From an uncultured Gammaproteobacteria bacterium (lineage in GTDB: Bacteria; Patescibacteriota; Patescibacteriia; Magasanikbacterales; UBA922): a stretch of 64,000 nucleotides of DNA. Made by a program: the position numbers and the translations under genes. The notes below the pieces were generated by a model. It was given only the letters and a program-made list of their open reading frames with translations. It was not told the origin of the DNA and searched no databases. This document shows positions 48,933 through 59,114 of this stretch, one piece after another; positions within the stretch are counted from its first letter, which is position 1, and each line of letters opens with the position of its first letter. Where the stretch lies: positions 5,624 to 69,623 of the forward strand of contig CAZQXB010000002.1 in NCBI GenBank assembly GCA_964597575.1. The letters are read 5' to 3'.

Positions 48933-49676
48933 ATGAAGAAAATCCTCGGTATTCTTTTTCTCATTCTCGGAGCCAGCGGCCTCCTTTTTACTCACCTGTA
49001 CAAAAAGATGCTCAGGGAAGAAATAAGCCCTTCTTTACCCCAAAAAGAGGTGCCGGCGGCAGAAACACCCCCCCTCTTTATCCTCCCCATTCCTACCTCA
49101 TCCACAATTTCCTTGGGTTTCTCAACAGCAACTCCTCGTTATATTTCTGAGTGGGTAACCAGTACAACAGACATCGCACTAAATGGTGGGTATTTCCATG
49201 AGGACTACACGCCCTCGGGATATCTTGTTATAAACGGAAATCGCATTGGCTCACGGCACTTTGACGAAAATCTTACCGGACTCATCGTATTTTCTTCGAA
49301 CACTATTCGTATTCATGATTTATCTTTAACACCACTCAAAAAAATCCCCCTAGGTGGCAATAATTCAGCAATTCAAAGCTATCCTTTTCTCATAAAAAAT
49401 GGAAATCCTGCGGTCAAAGAAGATTCAGGGAAAATAGCTCGACGCACAGCAATTGGTTTAACGAACACGCATGAGCCCTACCTTATTGTTTCAAGAGAGC
49501 TCATGAGTTTATATGAACTGAGTCTTCGCCTTGCATCTTCAACACCTGCATTTGAAACCGTCCTTAATCTCGATGGCGGGCCTTCAACTGGGTTCATATA
49601 CCGCACTCCAACAACGACGGAAATACTCGATAGTATTACAAAAATTCCACAGACGATCCTTATCGATGCGTGGTAA
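48933..49676 (+). CDS. phosphodiester glycosidase-family (DUF2233/NAGPA-like) protein, membrane-anchored
   Basis: TM anchor, ALNGGYF, GYLVINGN, RTAIGLT and LNLDGGPST motifs. TATACT -10 about 10 nt before the ATG. Confidence 0.55.
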   Translation: MKKILGILFLILGASGLLFTHLYKKMLREEISPSLPQKEVPAAETPPLFILPIPTSSTISLGFSTATPRYISEWVTSTTDIALNGGYFHEDYTPSGYLVINGNRIGSRHFDENLTGLIVFSSNTIRIHDLSLTPLKKIPLGGNNSAIQSYPFLIKNGNPAVKEDSGKIARRTAIGLTNTHEPYLIVSRELMSLYELSLRLASSTPAFETVLNLDGGPSTGFIYRTPTTTEILDSITKIPQTILIDAW

Positions 49677-49685
49677 CCAAAAAAA

Positions 49686-50375
49686 CTATCCTAAAAATGT
49701 CTCTGTAAAAACTTTGGCAGCATTTTTATACGAAGCCTCGGACTCGTCTCCTGGCTTTGTAAACTGCCAATTCCAGCAAAGTTTTGAAACAACGGAAAAA
49801 CCAAAGTATTTCAGTACTTTTTTCTGTACTCGTACCACACTCGCCCCGCGCCAATTATGCCCAGTGACAATAATTCCAGCCTCAATAGTTTCAAGAATAT
49901 TTTTTTCTCCAAGGGCTGAGTGTCGATTCTCGAGCCAGGTTAATCGTTCTATGAGTTTTTGATACATCGCATTCATCTGCCCCCAACGGACTGAGCCAAA
50001 AAATACCACGGTATCTGCTACCAACAACACCTGACTCACCTTCCAAAGTTCATCATCCGCATTGTTAATGCTTGCCCAGCACCGATGAGCCCCACTTGGA
50101 TTTTTCATTTCGTCTGGAAGAAGAGCATCCTTTACCCCGCAGACATTTCCTGACTTTGTCGACACATTCCCTTCACAGGGATGAATAAGGAGAGAGGGAA
50201 TGTCAATAATATCCACATGCGTATGTGGAAGCATCGCCTTAAGGCGATGCGCAAGCTCTGTACTCTTGGCACGCTCCCCTTCTTTTTCCCCGCTCCAACG
50301 ATTTGAAGTGGTAATAAAAAGAATGCGTTTTTTATTCTTCAGATAACTCAGGGTTTTTTCTACACGAGCATGCAT
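49686..50375 (-). CDS. flavodoxin-like fold NAD(P)H-dependent oxidoreductase family protein
   Basis: KRILFITTSNRWSG phosphate-binding loop, as in FMN-reductase/MdaB-like proteins. Family assignment is tentative. Confidence 0.45.
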   Translation of the reverse strand: MHARVEKTLSYLKNKKRILFITTSNRWSGEKEGERAKSTELAHRLKAMLPHTHVDIIDIPSLLIHPCEGNVSTKSGNVCGVKDALLPDEMKNPSGAHRCWASINNADDELWKVSQVLLVADTVVFFGSVRWGQMNAMYQKLIERLTWLENRHSALGEKNILETIEAGIIVTGHNWRGASVVRVQKKVLKYFGFSVVSKLCWNWQFTKPGDESEASYKNAAKVFTETFLG

Positions 50376-50392
50376 ATAAAAAAATCATTCCT

Positions 50393-51016
50393 TTACAGAA
50401 TCGACACGCTCTCTATAATACGATTTACAAATGAATCTGGGGAAAATTCTTGCTGTTCTTTCGTACAGGCAGTTTTCTTTTCTGCATCATAATTCGCACA
50501 CTGTGGTGCCCGGAGTACAAACTCTACGGTAACCATTTTTTCACCCTCTTCCTTAGAGTACGTATACTTTGTATACACTGAGCCTGCGGCCCCTTCACTT
50601 TCTGTTCTTACACAGTATCGACTACCCTGAATCGTTCGCATGACTATCTGAATATTTGGCGCAATCGCACCTCCTGTTGCACATGCAAATACCCCGTTCC
50701 TCACGGTAACGGTTGGCGGCCATTCTGAAGGGCGAATAAACGATGTGCCGAGCACTTTCGGATAAGAAAATGATACCCCTCCTGAAGTGACAGGGGAAGC
50801 GGTCCATTCTTCCTCTGTCGAAACCCCCGAAGGGCAGGTAGCGAATTCACAGCGTGGCCCGCTACGACCCACATACGACCCATCAGGGCATAACTTTGCC
50901 TCCATGGTACACACAGCACCCTCCTCGTTCTGTTCTCCATACATTGACCACACCACAAAAATTCCCAGAGCGAGCACCGCTCCGAGCAAGATAAACCACA
51001 ACGTGTTCTTTTTCAT
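50393..51016 (-). CDS. hypothetical secreted/membrane-anchored Cys-containing protein
   Basis: Signal anchor MKKNTLWFILLGAVLALGIF and 8 Cys in the extracytoplasmic domain. Confidence 0.45.
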   Translation of the reverse strand: MKKNTLWFILLGAVLALGIFVVWSMYGEQNEEGAVCTMEAKLCPDGSYVGRSGPRCEFATCPSGVSTEEEWTASPVTSGGVSFSYPKVLGTSFIRPSEWPPTVTVRNGVFACATGGAIAPNIQIVMRTIQGSRYCVRTESEGAAGSVYTKYTYSKEEGEKMVTVEFVLRAPQCANYDAEKKTACTKEQQEFSPDSFVNRIIESVSIL

Positions 51017-51104
51017 ATATAAGAGAAATGAAATGATAACATTAGTATACTTGTTTAGAATATTGTACACCACCCACACCTTTCCTTTTCACCTTGTCGA
51101 ACAA

Positions 51105-51656
51105 TCAAAGCGAAATTCCAAAAAATCCGGCCAATATACCAGCAAATATAATAAGAAGTATAATGATACGTAAAGCTCTAAAGTACCGAGGGGATTTTCT
51201 ACACACTCTCATAAGCACTGCCAAAACCCCTGTCACTACAAGTTGTGGCCCAATCAAAAAAAGAACTACCTGCGGAATCATGAAAGGCTGAAAAGAAGAA
51301 CTGTTTTGCAAAATAAAAACGTAAAAAAATAATACCGATACCACCTGAATCAAAAAACCCCCTGCTAACAGCTTCAGAAAATCTTGAATTTTCAGTACAG
51401 GAACATATATCAAGAAAAGTGATACCCCAGACGCCACCCAAAAGGAAAATAAGGTGAAGTACCACGACGGTTCTGTCATGAACACCTGCTGAAACAGACA
51501 GAACACAATCACACCTGGACTAAGGACCCATATACTCGGGGCCAAAAAGCGTACAAAAAGAAGCCGATTCCTTCTCAGATGCTCTTCTATACTATTATTT
51601 TCTTTAGAATTCTCCATAGATGGCTCAAGTATACCGCTTCCCCGAGCATCCGCCAA
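51105..51656 (-). CDS. hypothetical membrane protein (5 TM)
   Basis: Hydrophobic helices throughout; no motif recognised. Confidence 0.45.
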   Translation of the reverse strand: MADARGSGILEPSMENSKENNSIEEHLRRNRLLFVRFLAPSIWVLSPGVIVFCLFQQVFMTEPSWYFTLFSFWVASGVSLFLIYVPVLKIQDFLKLLAGGFLIQVVSVLFFYVFILQNSSSFQPFMIPQVVLFLIGPQLVVTGVLAVLMRVCRKSPRYFRALRIIILLIIFAGILAGFFGISL

Positions 51657-51710
51657 GCCAAAAAAGCCACCCTGGAGACAGGGTGACTTTTTCTTGAAAT
51701 ACCTTTTCTC

Positions 51711-53234
51711 TTACTGGGCTTCTCTCAGAAGCATAATCGGACCACCGTTTGGCGGGGTGGGATTTTCCCGAGCATCAAGGATTTCTTTTGGCAAAGGTAC
51801 TCGCACGAACTGTTGCACATACCCTTCTGCCTCATTTGAGTTCAGCAGCGGGAACGAAAGTGCTGGAACATACAATTCCTGTGATGTTTGATTGGTATCG
51901 CTATAGATATATTGTTGTTCGTACACAATCGTCGGAGTGCCTAAACGCAACGTCTTTTTAGTGATATCCATGCCATCGTAGAAAATAGGGCCACTGCCAA
52001 TATACCCACCATTTTCTGCAAATTTTTTCAAACGAATGGCGTCAGTCTCAAGGATGTACTTTGAACTTTCATAGGTGCCACCACTAATATTCCACGCACC
52101 TTGCACTTTATTCTTCCGAATATCAACATTCACACGAATCCCGTATGGCGATGTGCCATAACTCTCCATGATTTGTTTCTCGCCCAGAACGAGTGGGTAA
52201 ATAACACTGACGGTATCTGGAATGTAACGCACTCCTTCGCCCACCGGAAAATCTTTCCAGCTCGTATCAACAATGGGGGCGCCATATAATTCACGATTAA
52301 TATCGTATTCTTCCATAAACGCATTTGCCAAACGAATCAACTCAGCATCGGCCGGAACATCACTTTCGGTAAGCGGATTCTGGTTACACGGAGTGGGCCC
52401 ACACACATCGGCTCCGTACCACTTCGTGTAATTTGGACCAATCGATACACGGGCATCATCAAAATCAACCGAAGCCGTATATCCATCCTTTTTATCTTGA
52501 ACAAAGTTAATGTTCTGAATTCTCGCATCAGCAAGAGGGCGTAAATTAATGTTTGGAAAAAGTTTTGATACGGTTCCAAACATGCTATTTCCTGAGGCAT
52601 TCAGGGCTTTATTTCTTCGAAAAACCGGCAAGTCTGCTGAAGGCACTGCAATGTCGTCTCCTTCATATACATACGTGTACATGATGGCGGGAGCGATCAT
52701 TTTATCGGCTGCCATACTTGGAGACCCACCACCAGCACCCACAAGCCCAGTCATAGCAGGTCTTGGCGAAACAGTTGGATCTACGGCCACATCACTAGTG
52801 TCGCGAGCCGAGGCACTCTCAAGAGCACCGGAGTTTCCAGATGCACCAACGAGAGAACCAAATGCTCCGGGTGAAACAGACACAAAAGCTACTCGGGTAT
52901 TTTTCTCAACACTACTTGACCCAGGGGCCTTTGCATAATACGCACCAATACCAACGACAACAACGAGCGTAGCTAAAACCGGTACCAAAACCATTGACGT
53001 TTTTTGTGTGTTCATAAAAGAAGAAAAAAATGAGTAGGAGCGCGGCTTTTCTTCCGCAAGAAGAAGTTTCGTTCGAAGCCGAGAGACAAACGCTGCATCA
53101 GGTTCGAGATCTGGCTCAAGCTGAAGCAGCACCTCAACAGCTGCCCGAACCTGTTCTCGTGATGAACGAAGTGAAGGTTCGATATGTAATATTTCTTCCA
53201 CGAGCTGATCAACCTTTGTTGTTTGGGTAATCAT
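51711..53234 (-). CDS. putative anti-sigma factor with single TM and large extracytoplasmic domain
   Basis: 4-bp overlap with the upstream ECF sigma gene. A ~70-aa cytoplasmic N-terminus, one TM (VLVPVLATLVVVVGIG), and a ~420-aa external domain. Confidence 0.5.
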   Translation of the reverse strand: MITQTTKVDQLVEEILHIEPSLRSSREQVRAAVEVLLQLEPDLEPDAAFVSRLRTKLLLAEEKPRSYSFFSSFMNTQKTSMVLVPVLATLVVVVGIGAYYAKAPGSSSVEKNTRVAFVSVSPGAFGSLVGASGNSGALESASARDTSDVAVDPTVSPRPAMTGLVGAGGGSPSMAADKMIAPAIMYTYVYEGDDIAVPSADLPVFRRNKALNASGNSMFGTVSKLFPNINLRPLADARIQNINFVQDKKDGYTASVDFDDARVSIGPNYTKWYGADVCGPTPCNQNPLTESDVPADAELIRLANAFMEEYDINRELYGAPIVDTSWKDFPVGEGVRYIPDTVSVIYPLVLGEKQIMESYGTSPYGIRVNVDIRKNKVQGAWNISGGTYESSKYILETDAIRLKKFAENGGYIGSGPIFYDGMDITKKTLRLGTPTIVYEQQYIYSDTNQTSQELYVPALSFPLLNSNEAEGYVQQFVRVPLPKEILDARENPTPPNGGPIMLLREAQ

Positions 53235-53803
53235 ACGGTTCGAGATAAAAGAAGTAAGATAATGGCCACGGCCCCGAGCGGAATGCGCGTACGAATTTTT
53301 TGAATTGCCCGGCCATAGGCAACCTTGCAGGCATCCGGGGAAGTGCCCAAGATGTCACTTATTTCCTGAAACGATAACCCTTGCCACAAACGAAGCACAA
53401 TGAGATCTCGGTCTCTTGTTGAGAGCTCCTGCATTACCATTTTTACTTTCGCGAAACGAAGAGCGGTGTCTGTGTCGCGAACGGTGTCTGTACTGTCAGG
53501 AAGATCCCAGGCATCCTCAATATCTTCATGCTTGTGAGTCGTACGGTAGTGATCAATCACAGTCCGACGAGCAATCGTAAAGAGCCAGGTGGCAAACGAT
53601 GCTTTTTTTACCTGAAATGAACCAATATGTTCAAGTGCTTTTAAAAACGTTTGACTTGTGAGGTCCTCAGCGGTGGGCGGGTGCTGGACTTTGGTGAAAA
53701 TAAATCCATATACTTGTCGCACATACCCATCATAAAGACGAGCAAACGCTTCACGATCACCAGTTTTTGCTGCCTGAATATCCGTATCCATGTGAATTGT
53801 CAT
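53231..53803 (-). CDS. ECF (sigma-70 family group IV) RNA polymerase sigma factor
   Basis: Region 2 (FARLYDGYVRQVYGFI...) and region 4 HTH (LSFQEISDILGTSPDACKVAYGRA). 190 aa. Confidence 0.85.
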   Translation of the reverse strand: MTIHMDTDIQAAKTGDREAFARLYDGYVRQVYGFIFTKVQHPPTAEDLTSQTFLKALEHIGSFQVKKASFATWLFTIARRTVIDHYRTTHKHEDIEDAWDLPDSTDTVRDTDTALRFAKVKMVMQELSTRDRDLIVLRLWQGLSFQEISDILGTSPDACKVAYGRAIQKIRTRIPLGAVAIILLLLSRTV

Positions 53804-53977
53804 AGGAGTTGATCAACGTTCCTGTACTAAGATATACGAACCGGACTGGAAAAAGGAACATAGATATACAGATAGCATAACAGAGCGGTTCTTTATATTC
53901 CACAAAGAAAGGACAGGAAGTTGTTTCACATTCTTTATAAGCGTGTTACGATACCTTTATAAAATAATAATCTCTCT

Positions 53978-54643
53978 ATGAAATCCACGACCTACGTTTC
54001 GGGAGCGATCATTATTCTTGCCGTCTTTATCATAACAGGAGCATACCTCTATCGAACACCTGAAAAAACCAATCCTCCGGCAACAATGATCCAACTTGAA
54101 GTTCCCTCAATTACTCAGGCACCCGGCGATAACTGGAATGACCCTTGGGGAAATGCCTGTGAAGAAGCAAGTGCAAGCATGGTACAGGCATTTTATGCCG
54201 AAAAAGCACTCTCACAAGACGAAGCGAATAAAACCATGCAAGCCCTGTTTGTTTGGGAAAATGAGTATTTGAAAAAGAATGCCGACACCAACGCGGTAGA
54301 AACAAAACAGATGATTGAAGCGAATACAAAAATTCGCATAACCATTAAACGAAAACCAACTCTTGAAGAAATCAAGAAAGAATTACAAGCCAAACGACCC
54401 GTAATCGCTCTTGTCAATCAATTTGCTTTATACAATGAGCCTCCGACTGGAATTAAGGGGGCCTCCTTTCATGTTTTTGTGATCACGGGATACAACGACA
54501 CAACAAATGAATTTACTGTGAACGACCCTGCAAGACCAACCATAAAAAAGTATCAGTATGCTCGCATCATGAAAGCGCTTCATGACTTAGGGGAAAGTGG
54601 CGAAGCTGAAGGAGAACCTACCGTTCTTTTTACTAAACTCTAG
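53978..54643 (+). CDS. membrane-anchored C39-like cysteine peptidase domain protein (Peptidase_C39_2/YvpB-like)
   Basis: TM anchor and NDPWGNACEEASASM, a candidate catalytic Cys in a C39_2-like context. Tentative. Confidence 0.35.
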   Translation: MKSTTYVSGAIIILAVFIITGAYLYRTPEKTNPPATMIQLEVPSITQAPGDNWNDPWGNACEEASASMVQAFYAEKALSQDEANKTMQALFVWENEYLKKNADTNAVETKQMIEANTKIRITIKRKPTLEEIKKELQAKRPVIALVNQFALYNEPPTGIKGASFHVFVITGYNDTTNEFTVNDPARPTIKKYQYARIMKALHDLGESGEAEGEPTVLFTKL

Positions 54644-54654
54644 GTTTCGACACT

Positions 54655-54694
54655 AAAAAAACCATGACTACATACAGTGTTCATGGTTTTTATT
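54655..54694. terminator. bidirectional terminator
   Basis: AAAAAACCATGA-N13-TCATGGTTTTTATT. Confidence 0.65.
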
Positions 54695-54716
54695 CCCTCC
54701 AAAGAAAGTAGGTCGC

Positions 54717-55082
54717 CTATTTTCTTCTCACCGGAAGGTTTGCTAAAAACAACGAAAGAAGTCCGGATAAAATTCCCACATCACGAACAATAATTGGACC
54801 AGAAGAAAGAAGGAATACCGTATGAAGAAGGTTCAAAAAAAGAAGCCCAGAGACAATTCCAAGTCTTACCCCCATAACAAGAAGAACCCCTCCGATAAGC
54901 TCAAAAATGCCGTGAATTCGCACAAGAGTTTCAGGAGAAGCAATACTAATTATCCAATCAGGGACCAACCCAGCCCAGTTTTCCGGCTCGGTTATACCAC
55001 TCCAACCAAAATACGCAAAAACAAAACCAAGACCCACACGAAGAACTACTGGAGCGAGGGCATGTACATGCTCTCTATTCAT
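54717..55082 (-). CDS. DoxX-family membrane protein
   Basis: LRVGLGFVFAYFGWSGIT motif and 4 TM. Confidence 0.75.
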   Translation of the reverse strand: MNREHVHALAPVVLRVGLGFVFAYFGWSGITEPENWAGLVPDWIISIASPETLVRIHGIFELIGGVLLVMGVRLGIVSGLLFLNLLHTVFLLSSGPIIVRDVGILSGLLSLFLANLPVRRK

Positions 55083-55092
55083 AAAAAATAAG

Positions 55093-55626
55093 TTAAGAGG
55101 CTAACTCAGCAATATAAAAAGAACTGAGTACAGCCTGGGCTTTAGCACTTGATCCGTGTTGCTTTAAAAATTGAGCGGTACCGTCTTTACCGCACAAGCC
55201 GATAATTTTATCTGAACCGCCTCGATGTTTATTGATAAAATCTGTAACATCGTACACCTTATCACCCATAATCGTATAACAACTACTGACATTATTATGC
55301 GTTGCCACTTCTGCTTCCGTTACGGTTTTGATTGTTACTGAAATAGGCGCAGGTGGCGTCGGAGGCACGACGACAGGTGAAGGTTTTACCGAAGGCGTTA
55401 CAGGAGTGGGAGTTGGCATAAACACTGGCTCTGGGACAGACGGTGAAGGTTCCTGAGAGGCAGCGGGCGTTGCTGAAGGTATTGGAGCAGGTGTTTCCAA
55501 AACTGACATTTCACTCTTGTTACTGAATGAAACATACGCCAATGCACCAATAATTCCCAATCCTAGAACTAAAGCAATCCATTTTGGCATATACAAAAAT
55601 AAAATTGAAAATAATAAAGGTATCAT
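55093..55626 (-). CDS. membrane-anchored cytochrome b5-like heme/steroid-binding domain protein
   Basis: TM anchor, a Pro/Thr/Ser-rich linker, and YTIMGDKVYDVTDFINKHRGG (HPGG-like). Confidence 0.55.
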   Translation of the reverse strand: MIPLLFSILFLYMPKWIALVLGLGIIGALAYVSFSNKSEMSVLETPAPIPSATPAASQEPSPSVPEPVFMPTPTPVTPSVKPSPVVVPPTPPAPISVTIKTVTEAEVATHNNVSSCYTIMGDKVYDVTDFINKHRGGSDKIIGLCGKDGTAQFLKQHGSSAKAQAVLSSFYIAELAS

Positions 55627-55654
55627 ACTCTCTTAAAAAAGAGACTGTCAAAAC

Positions 55655-55700
55655 AAAAAAGACCTTATGTCTTGGCACAAGGTCTTTTCTCTTTTTTCTA
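55655..55700 (-). terminator. terminator after ABC permease gene
   Basis: GACCTT..AAGGTC hairpin followed by a T-run on the minus strand. Confidence 0.55.
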
Positions 55701-56510
55701 TCACTGAATCGACTTTGTTCGAAACAAATATGCCGCGAGCGGAATACATACCACAATCAATCCAATACACCACAACACCGCTGCCCACGCATGGTTACCG
55801 ACTGGAGTACCGGTCATATAGGCACGAATAGCTTCGATCACGTGCGTTAATGGCTGATTCTCTGCAAAAATTCGTAAATACTTTGGCATTCCCGCGGTTG
55901 GCACAAATGTCGCACTTGCAAATGTTAGAGGAAAGACAAGAACAAACCCAATCCACTGCACTGCCTCAACACTCTTTGCAAGAAGGCCAATCACCGCAGA
56001 GAGCCACGAAAATGCGAAGGTAAACAGAAGTAAAATTCCCCAAATCGCAAACCACTCCGTAACAGATGCGACTGGCCGAAAACCGATAAGAAATGCGACC
56101 CCAATCATAATAACCGATGACATCGTATTTCTTACGAGATCGGCTACGACATGCCCAACCATCACTGCAGAACTAAGCATTGGCAAAGATTTAAACCGAT
56201 CAATGATCCCCCGCTTTAAATCGGTCGCAACGCTAAGTGAAGTGGTCTGCGCACCAAAGGCAGCATTTTGAATTAAAATACCGGCCACAAGAAAATTCAC
56301 ATAACTTACTCCACCCGTATTAATCGCTCCTCCGAAAACATACCGAAATAAAAGCATGAACATGATCGGCTGAATCGCCACCGAGAGCAGTTGATCAAGA
56401 TTCTTAAAAATATGCTTTAAACTTCGGGTAATAAGCACTCCGATATCACTGAGCGCCCACATAAAGTGATTGCCTTCTCTTTTTTTCTCTTCCTGAAATG
56501 AGGTTTGCAT
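55701..56510 (-). CDS. ABC-2 type transporter permease
   Basis: 6 TM and an ABC-2 membrane-domain pattern. Confidence 0.8.
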   Translation of the reverse strand: MQTSFQEEKKREGNHFMWALSDIGVLITRSLKHIFKNLDQLLSVAIQPIMFMLLFRYVFGGAINTGGVSYVNFLVAGILIQNAAFGAQTTSLSVATDLKRGIIDRFKSLPMLSSAVMVGHVVADLVRNTMSSVIMIGVAFLIGFRPVASVTEWFAIWGILLLFTFAFSWLSAVIGLLAKSVEAVQWIGFVLVFPLTFASATFVPTAGMPKYLRIFAENQPLTHVIEAIRAYMTGTPVGNHAWAAVLWCIGLIVVCIPLAAYLFRTKSIQ

Positions 56511-56515
56511 AGAAT

Positions 56516-57487
56516 TTATTGAGAAGAAGAAGTACTTTCAACTTCACGACCAGTCACTTTCAAAAAGACATCATCGAGCGTAGGTTTGTGCACGGACAAA
56601 TTATCAATCTCCACTCCTGCGGCATAGATCGCATCAAGAATATCTTTCAGTTCACGTACACTTCCATCCGTTCCAATACTAATCGTACGCTCTTCCTTAT
56701 TCGAGCGCACATCACTCGCCTTAATGACAGAAAGAGCTTTTTCAAAATCACTGCCTGCTTCGACGGCAAATTCGATACGTTCATTTCCAACGCTTGCCTT
56801 TAATTCGTTTGGGGTGCCGTAGGCAATTACTTTTCCATGATCAATAACTGCGATCTGATCAGCCAGCTTATCTGCTTCTTCTAAATACTGAGTGGTCAAA
56901 AGAATGGTTGCACCATTCTCCTTTAATTTTTGAATGATATTCCACATAGTAATACGACTGCGTGGATCAAGGCCCGTCGTTGGTTCATCAAGGAAGATAA
57001 TCGGAGGTGTCGCCACCAAACTTGCCGCTAAATCCAATCGACGTCGCATACCACCCGAGTACGTTTTTGCCGCGCGCTCTGCTGCCTCAAGCAAATCAAA
57101 CTCTTTTAAAAGCTCTTCGGCCCGAGCCTTGCTTTTTTCTTTTCCCAAATGGTAGAGCTGCCCCATCATAACCAAATTTTCACGACCAGTGAGATACTCG
57201 TCTACGGCTGCATACTGCCCAGTTAAACCAATAACCCCGCGCACTTTGTGAGCGTCTTTCACGATATCGAAACCATTCACCCGAACCTCCCCTTCATCCG
57301 GCTTCAAAAGGGTACTCAAAATACGCACTGTGGTTGTTTTTCCAGCTCCATTTGGCCCAAGCAGGGCAAGCATGGAACCGCGCTTTACCGTTAAATCGAC
57401 GCCCTTTAGGACATCGAGTTTTTTAAAAGACTTTGTTAAACCTTTGACCTCAATTGCATTGGGTTCGAGTGGCATAGAGAAGTTCAT
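56516..57487 (-). CDS. ABC transporter ATP-binding protein (DrrA-like)
   Basis: Walker A GPNGAGKTT, signature YSGGMRRRL, and Walker [13 protein letters not shown]. Confidence 0.92.
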   Translation of the reverse strand: MNFSMPLEPNAIEVKGLTKSFKKLDVLKGVDLTVKRGSMLALLGPNGAGKTTTVRILSTLLKPDEGEVRVNGFDIVKDAHKVRGVIGLTGQYAAVDEYLTGRENLVMMGQLYHLGKEKSKARAEELLKEFDLLEAAERAAKTYSGGMRRRLDLAASLVATPPIIFLDEPTTGLDPRSRITMWNIIQKLKENGATILLTTQYLEEADKLADQIAVIDHGKVIAYGTPNELKASVGNERIEFAVEAGSDFEKALSVIKASDVRSNKEERTISIGTDGSVRELKDILDAIYAAGVEIDNLSVHKPTLDDVFLKVTGREVESTSSSQ

Positions 57488-57558
57488 GAATGTCTGAGGA
57501 GGTTATCACAATATACCCTCTTTGACTAGAGTAGCAACCCCTCCTCGCTTTCTTTATT

Positions 57559-58023
57559 TTAGTATACCGTAATTTTCCCAAGTTCGATAAGAAGATCAGA
57601 AAATTCTCCTAATTTCTTCGCCTTTTCCGTTGGCAATAGATCTTCAGTTAGAATTTCCACACTGTCGAGAGCTTCAGTAAAACGACGTTTTCCACCCGGA
57701 GCAAGAGCCACGAAACTCACCCTGGCATCATCTTTACTCACTTCTCGCTTTACCAAACCTATCTTTTCCATAGGGAGAAGCATGCGGGTGATTCCCGAAG
57801 GGGTGAGACCGACTTTTTCAGCAAGGTCAGTACGACGAAGTTTCCCTTCTCCGGCTTGGCTCAGGTGAAAAAGAATCATAAAGTCACTAAATCCGAGCCC
57901 GTGGAAACTCAGGCGATTATCAAAGCGGCGCACAAGGACGGTTTTGACCTTAGCAAGATTTAAAAAAAATGCGAGTGAAGGTGTGATGTTTGACATATGA
58001 TTGAATAATAGTTGATTAATCAA
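57559..58023 (-). CDS. MarR-family transcriptional regulator
   Basis: Winged-helix segment LRRTDLAEKVGLTPSGITRMLLPMEKIGLVKRE. Alternative start at 57996. Confidence 0.85.
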   Translation of the reverse strand: MINQLLFNHMSNITPSLAFFLNLAKVKTVLVRRFDNRLSFHGLGFSDFMILFHLSQAGEGKLRRTDLAEKVGLTPSGITRMLLPMEKIGLVKREVSKDDARVSFVALAPGGKRRFTEALDSVEILTEDLLPTEKAKKLGEFSDLLIELGKITVY

Positions 58024-58040
58024 TCATATAGCAAATATGT
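58004..58040. promoter_or_regulatory. palindromic operator candidate (CATATGATTGA...TGATTAATCA...TCAATCATAT) overlapping marR start
   Basis: 10-bp perfect palindrome TGATTAATCA nested within an 11-bp inverted repeat. Confidence 0.5.
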
Positions 58041-58170
58041 GTTCTTGTCAAGAAGCGGGGTATTCAGAACCAAAGTTACCCCCTCTCCACAAGAGGTACT
58101 TTTACTTGTTTTCCCACACAAAAATGGACTATAGTACCCGTATTATTATTCATTCGCGCTTTTCTTTATC

Positions 58171-58671
58171 ATGCAAATTCCCTACCGCAAACCCACCAAG
58201 TTCAGTAACATTCCAATTGATCCGCTTATTACGAAGGAAAAACTTGCGGAGCTTCAGACTGAGCTCGACACTCTGAAATGGCACAAAAAACCCAAAGCCG
58301 CGGCTGAAGTCTCCCGCTTAGCAGAATTTGGCGACTTCTCGGAGAATGCCGAATATCAATTAGCCAAAGGACGACTCCGCGGAATCAATAGCGCCATTAT
58401 TCGCCTTGAAGCCCAAATCAACCAGGCAGTGATTATTGAACCACACAAAAACGGCGGGATCATTCAGATAGGCCATACGGTTACCGTTGAACAAAACGGG
58501 AAACAAAAAACCTATCAAATTCTTGGTTCCTCAGAAACCAACCCGGAACTGGGTATTATTTCGCACACGTCCCCTCTCGGATCAGCGCTCCTCGGACATA
58601 CGGTTGGCGAACAGATAATCATGCTTCTCGGAAACAAAGAAAGTCGCATCACGATTCTTCGTATTGAATAG
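58171..58671 (+). CDS. greA: transcription elongation factor GreA
   Basis: N-terminal coiled-coil with acidic tip (EFGDFSENAEY) and a C-terminal FKBP-like domain. Confidence 0.92.
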   Translation: MQIPYRKPTKFSNIPIDPLITKEKLAELQTELDTLKWHKKPKAAAEVSRLAEFGDFSENAEYQLAKGRLRGINSAIIRLEAQINQAVIIEPHKNGGIIQIGHTVTVEQNGKQKTYQILGSSETNPELGIISHTSPLGSALLGHTVGEQIIMLLGNKESRITILRIE

Positions 58672-59112
58672 GAAAGTTGAGACAGTAGCACTCTGTCGCC
58701 TCATTATTGACATAAGCCAAAAAATGAGATTTACTAGGCGACGGAAAAGGACGGTGAATATATGGGCGCATGGGAAGACTCTGTCGATGCCAACCGCCTC
58801 CTTCGGCTACCGAGCGAAACGGTTGGTTGGGCTAAGGCAGCAGATGGAAGAAGTCGATGAGTACTTCTGCGAAAGGCGGCATTTTATCGCCGACAGTCCA
58901 CGCGACTGGAAGATCCTTCGTGATCGTAAAAAGTGTTGCCAAGAAAAGAGAGTCGCGGCACCACGACAGAACCCGGAAAAAACGAGCGGGTTGCCACCTA
59001 ACTTTCAAGTCTTCACTCCGGAAGCACTCGCACGGTCAGCCAGACCCATCGCATTCATCCCTCTCAGACCTCGAAGAATCGGTGAGAAGTAGTCGCTTCA
59101 CACCAATGATCG
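58672..59112 (+). ncRNA. candidate RNase P RNA (structured GC-rich ncRNA)
   Basis: Exact 16-nt CCACGACAGAACCCGG at 58961-58976 equals the universally conserved P4 3'-strand motif of bacterial RNase P RNA. 5' region has AGACAGT...GTCGCC resembling P2 and a P3-like hairpin. Many local hairpins including a UUCG tetraloop stem. The overlapping 142-aa ORF is Arg-rich and looks spurious. The complementary CCGGG for a canonical P4 5' strand was not found. Confidence 0.4.
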
Positions 59113-59114
59113 AA

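Noticed and set aside
58664-59092. 142-aa ORF downstream of greA
   Set aside because: Arg-rich, low-complexity translation with no RBS. The region is better explained as a structured ncRNA (candidate RNase P RNA).
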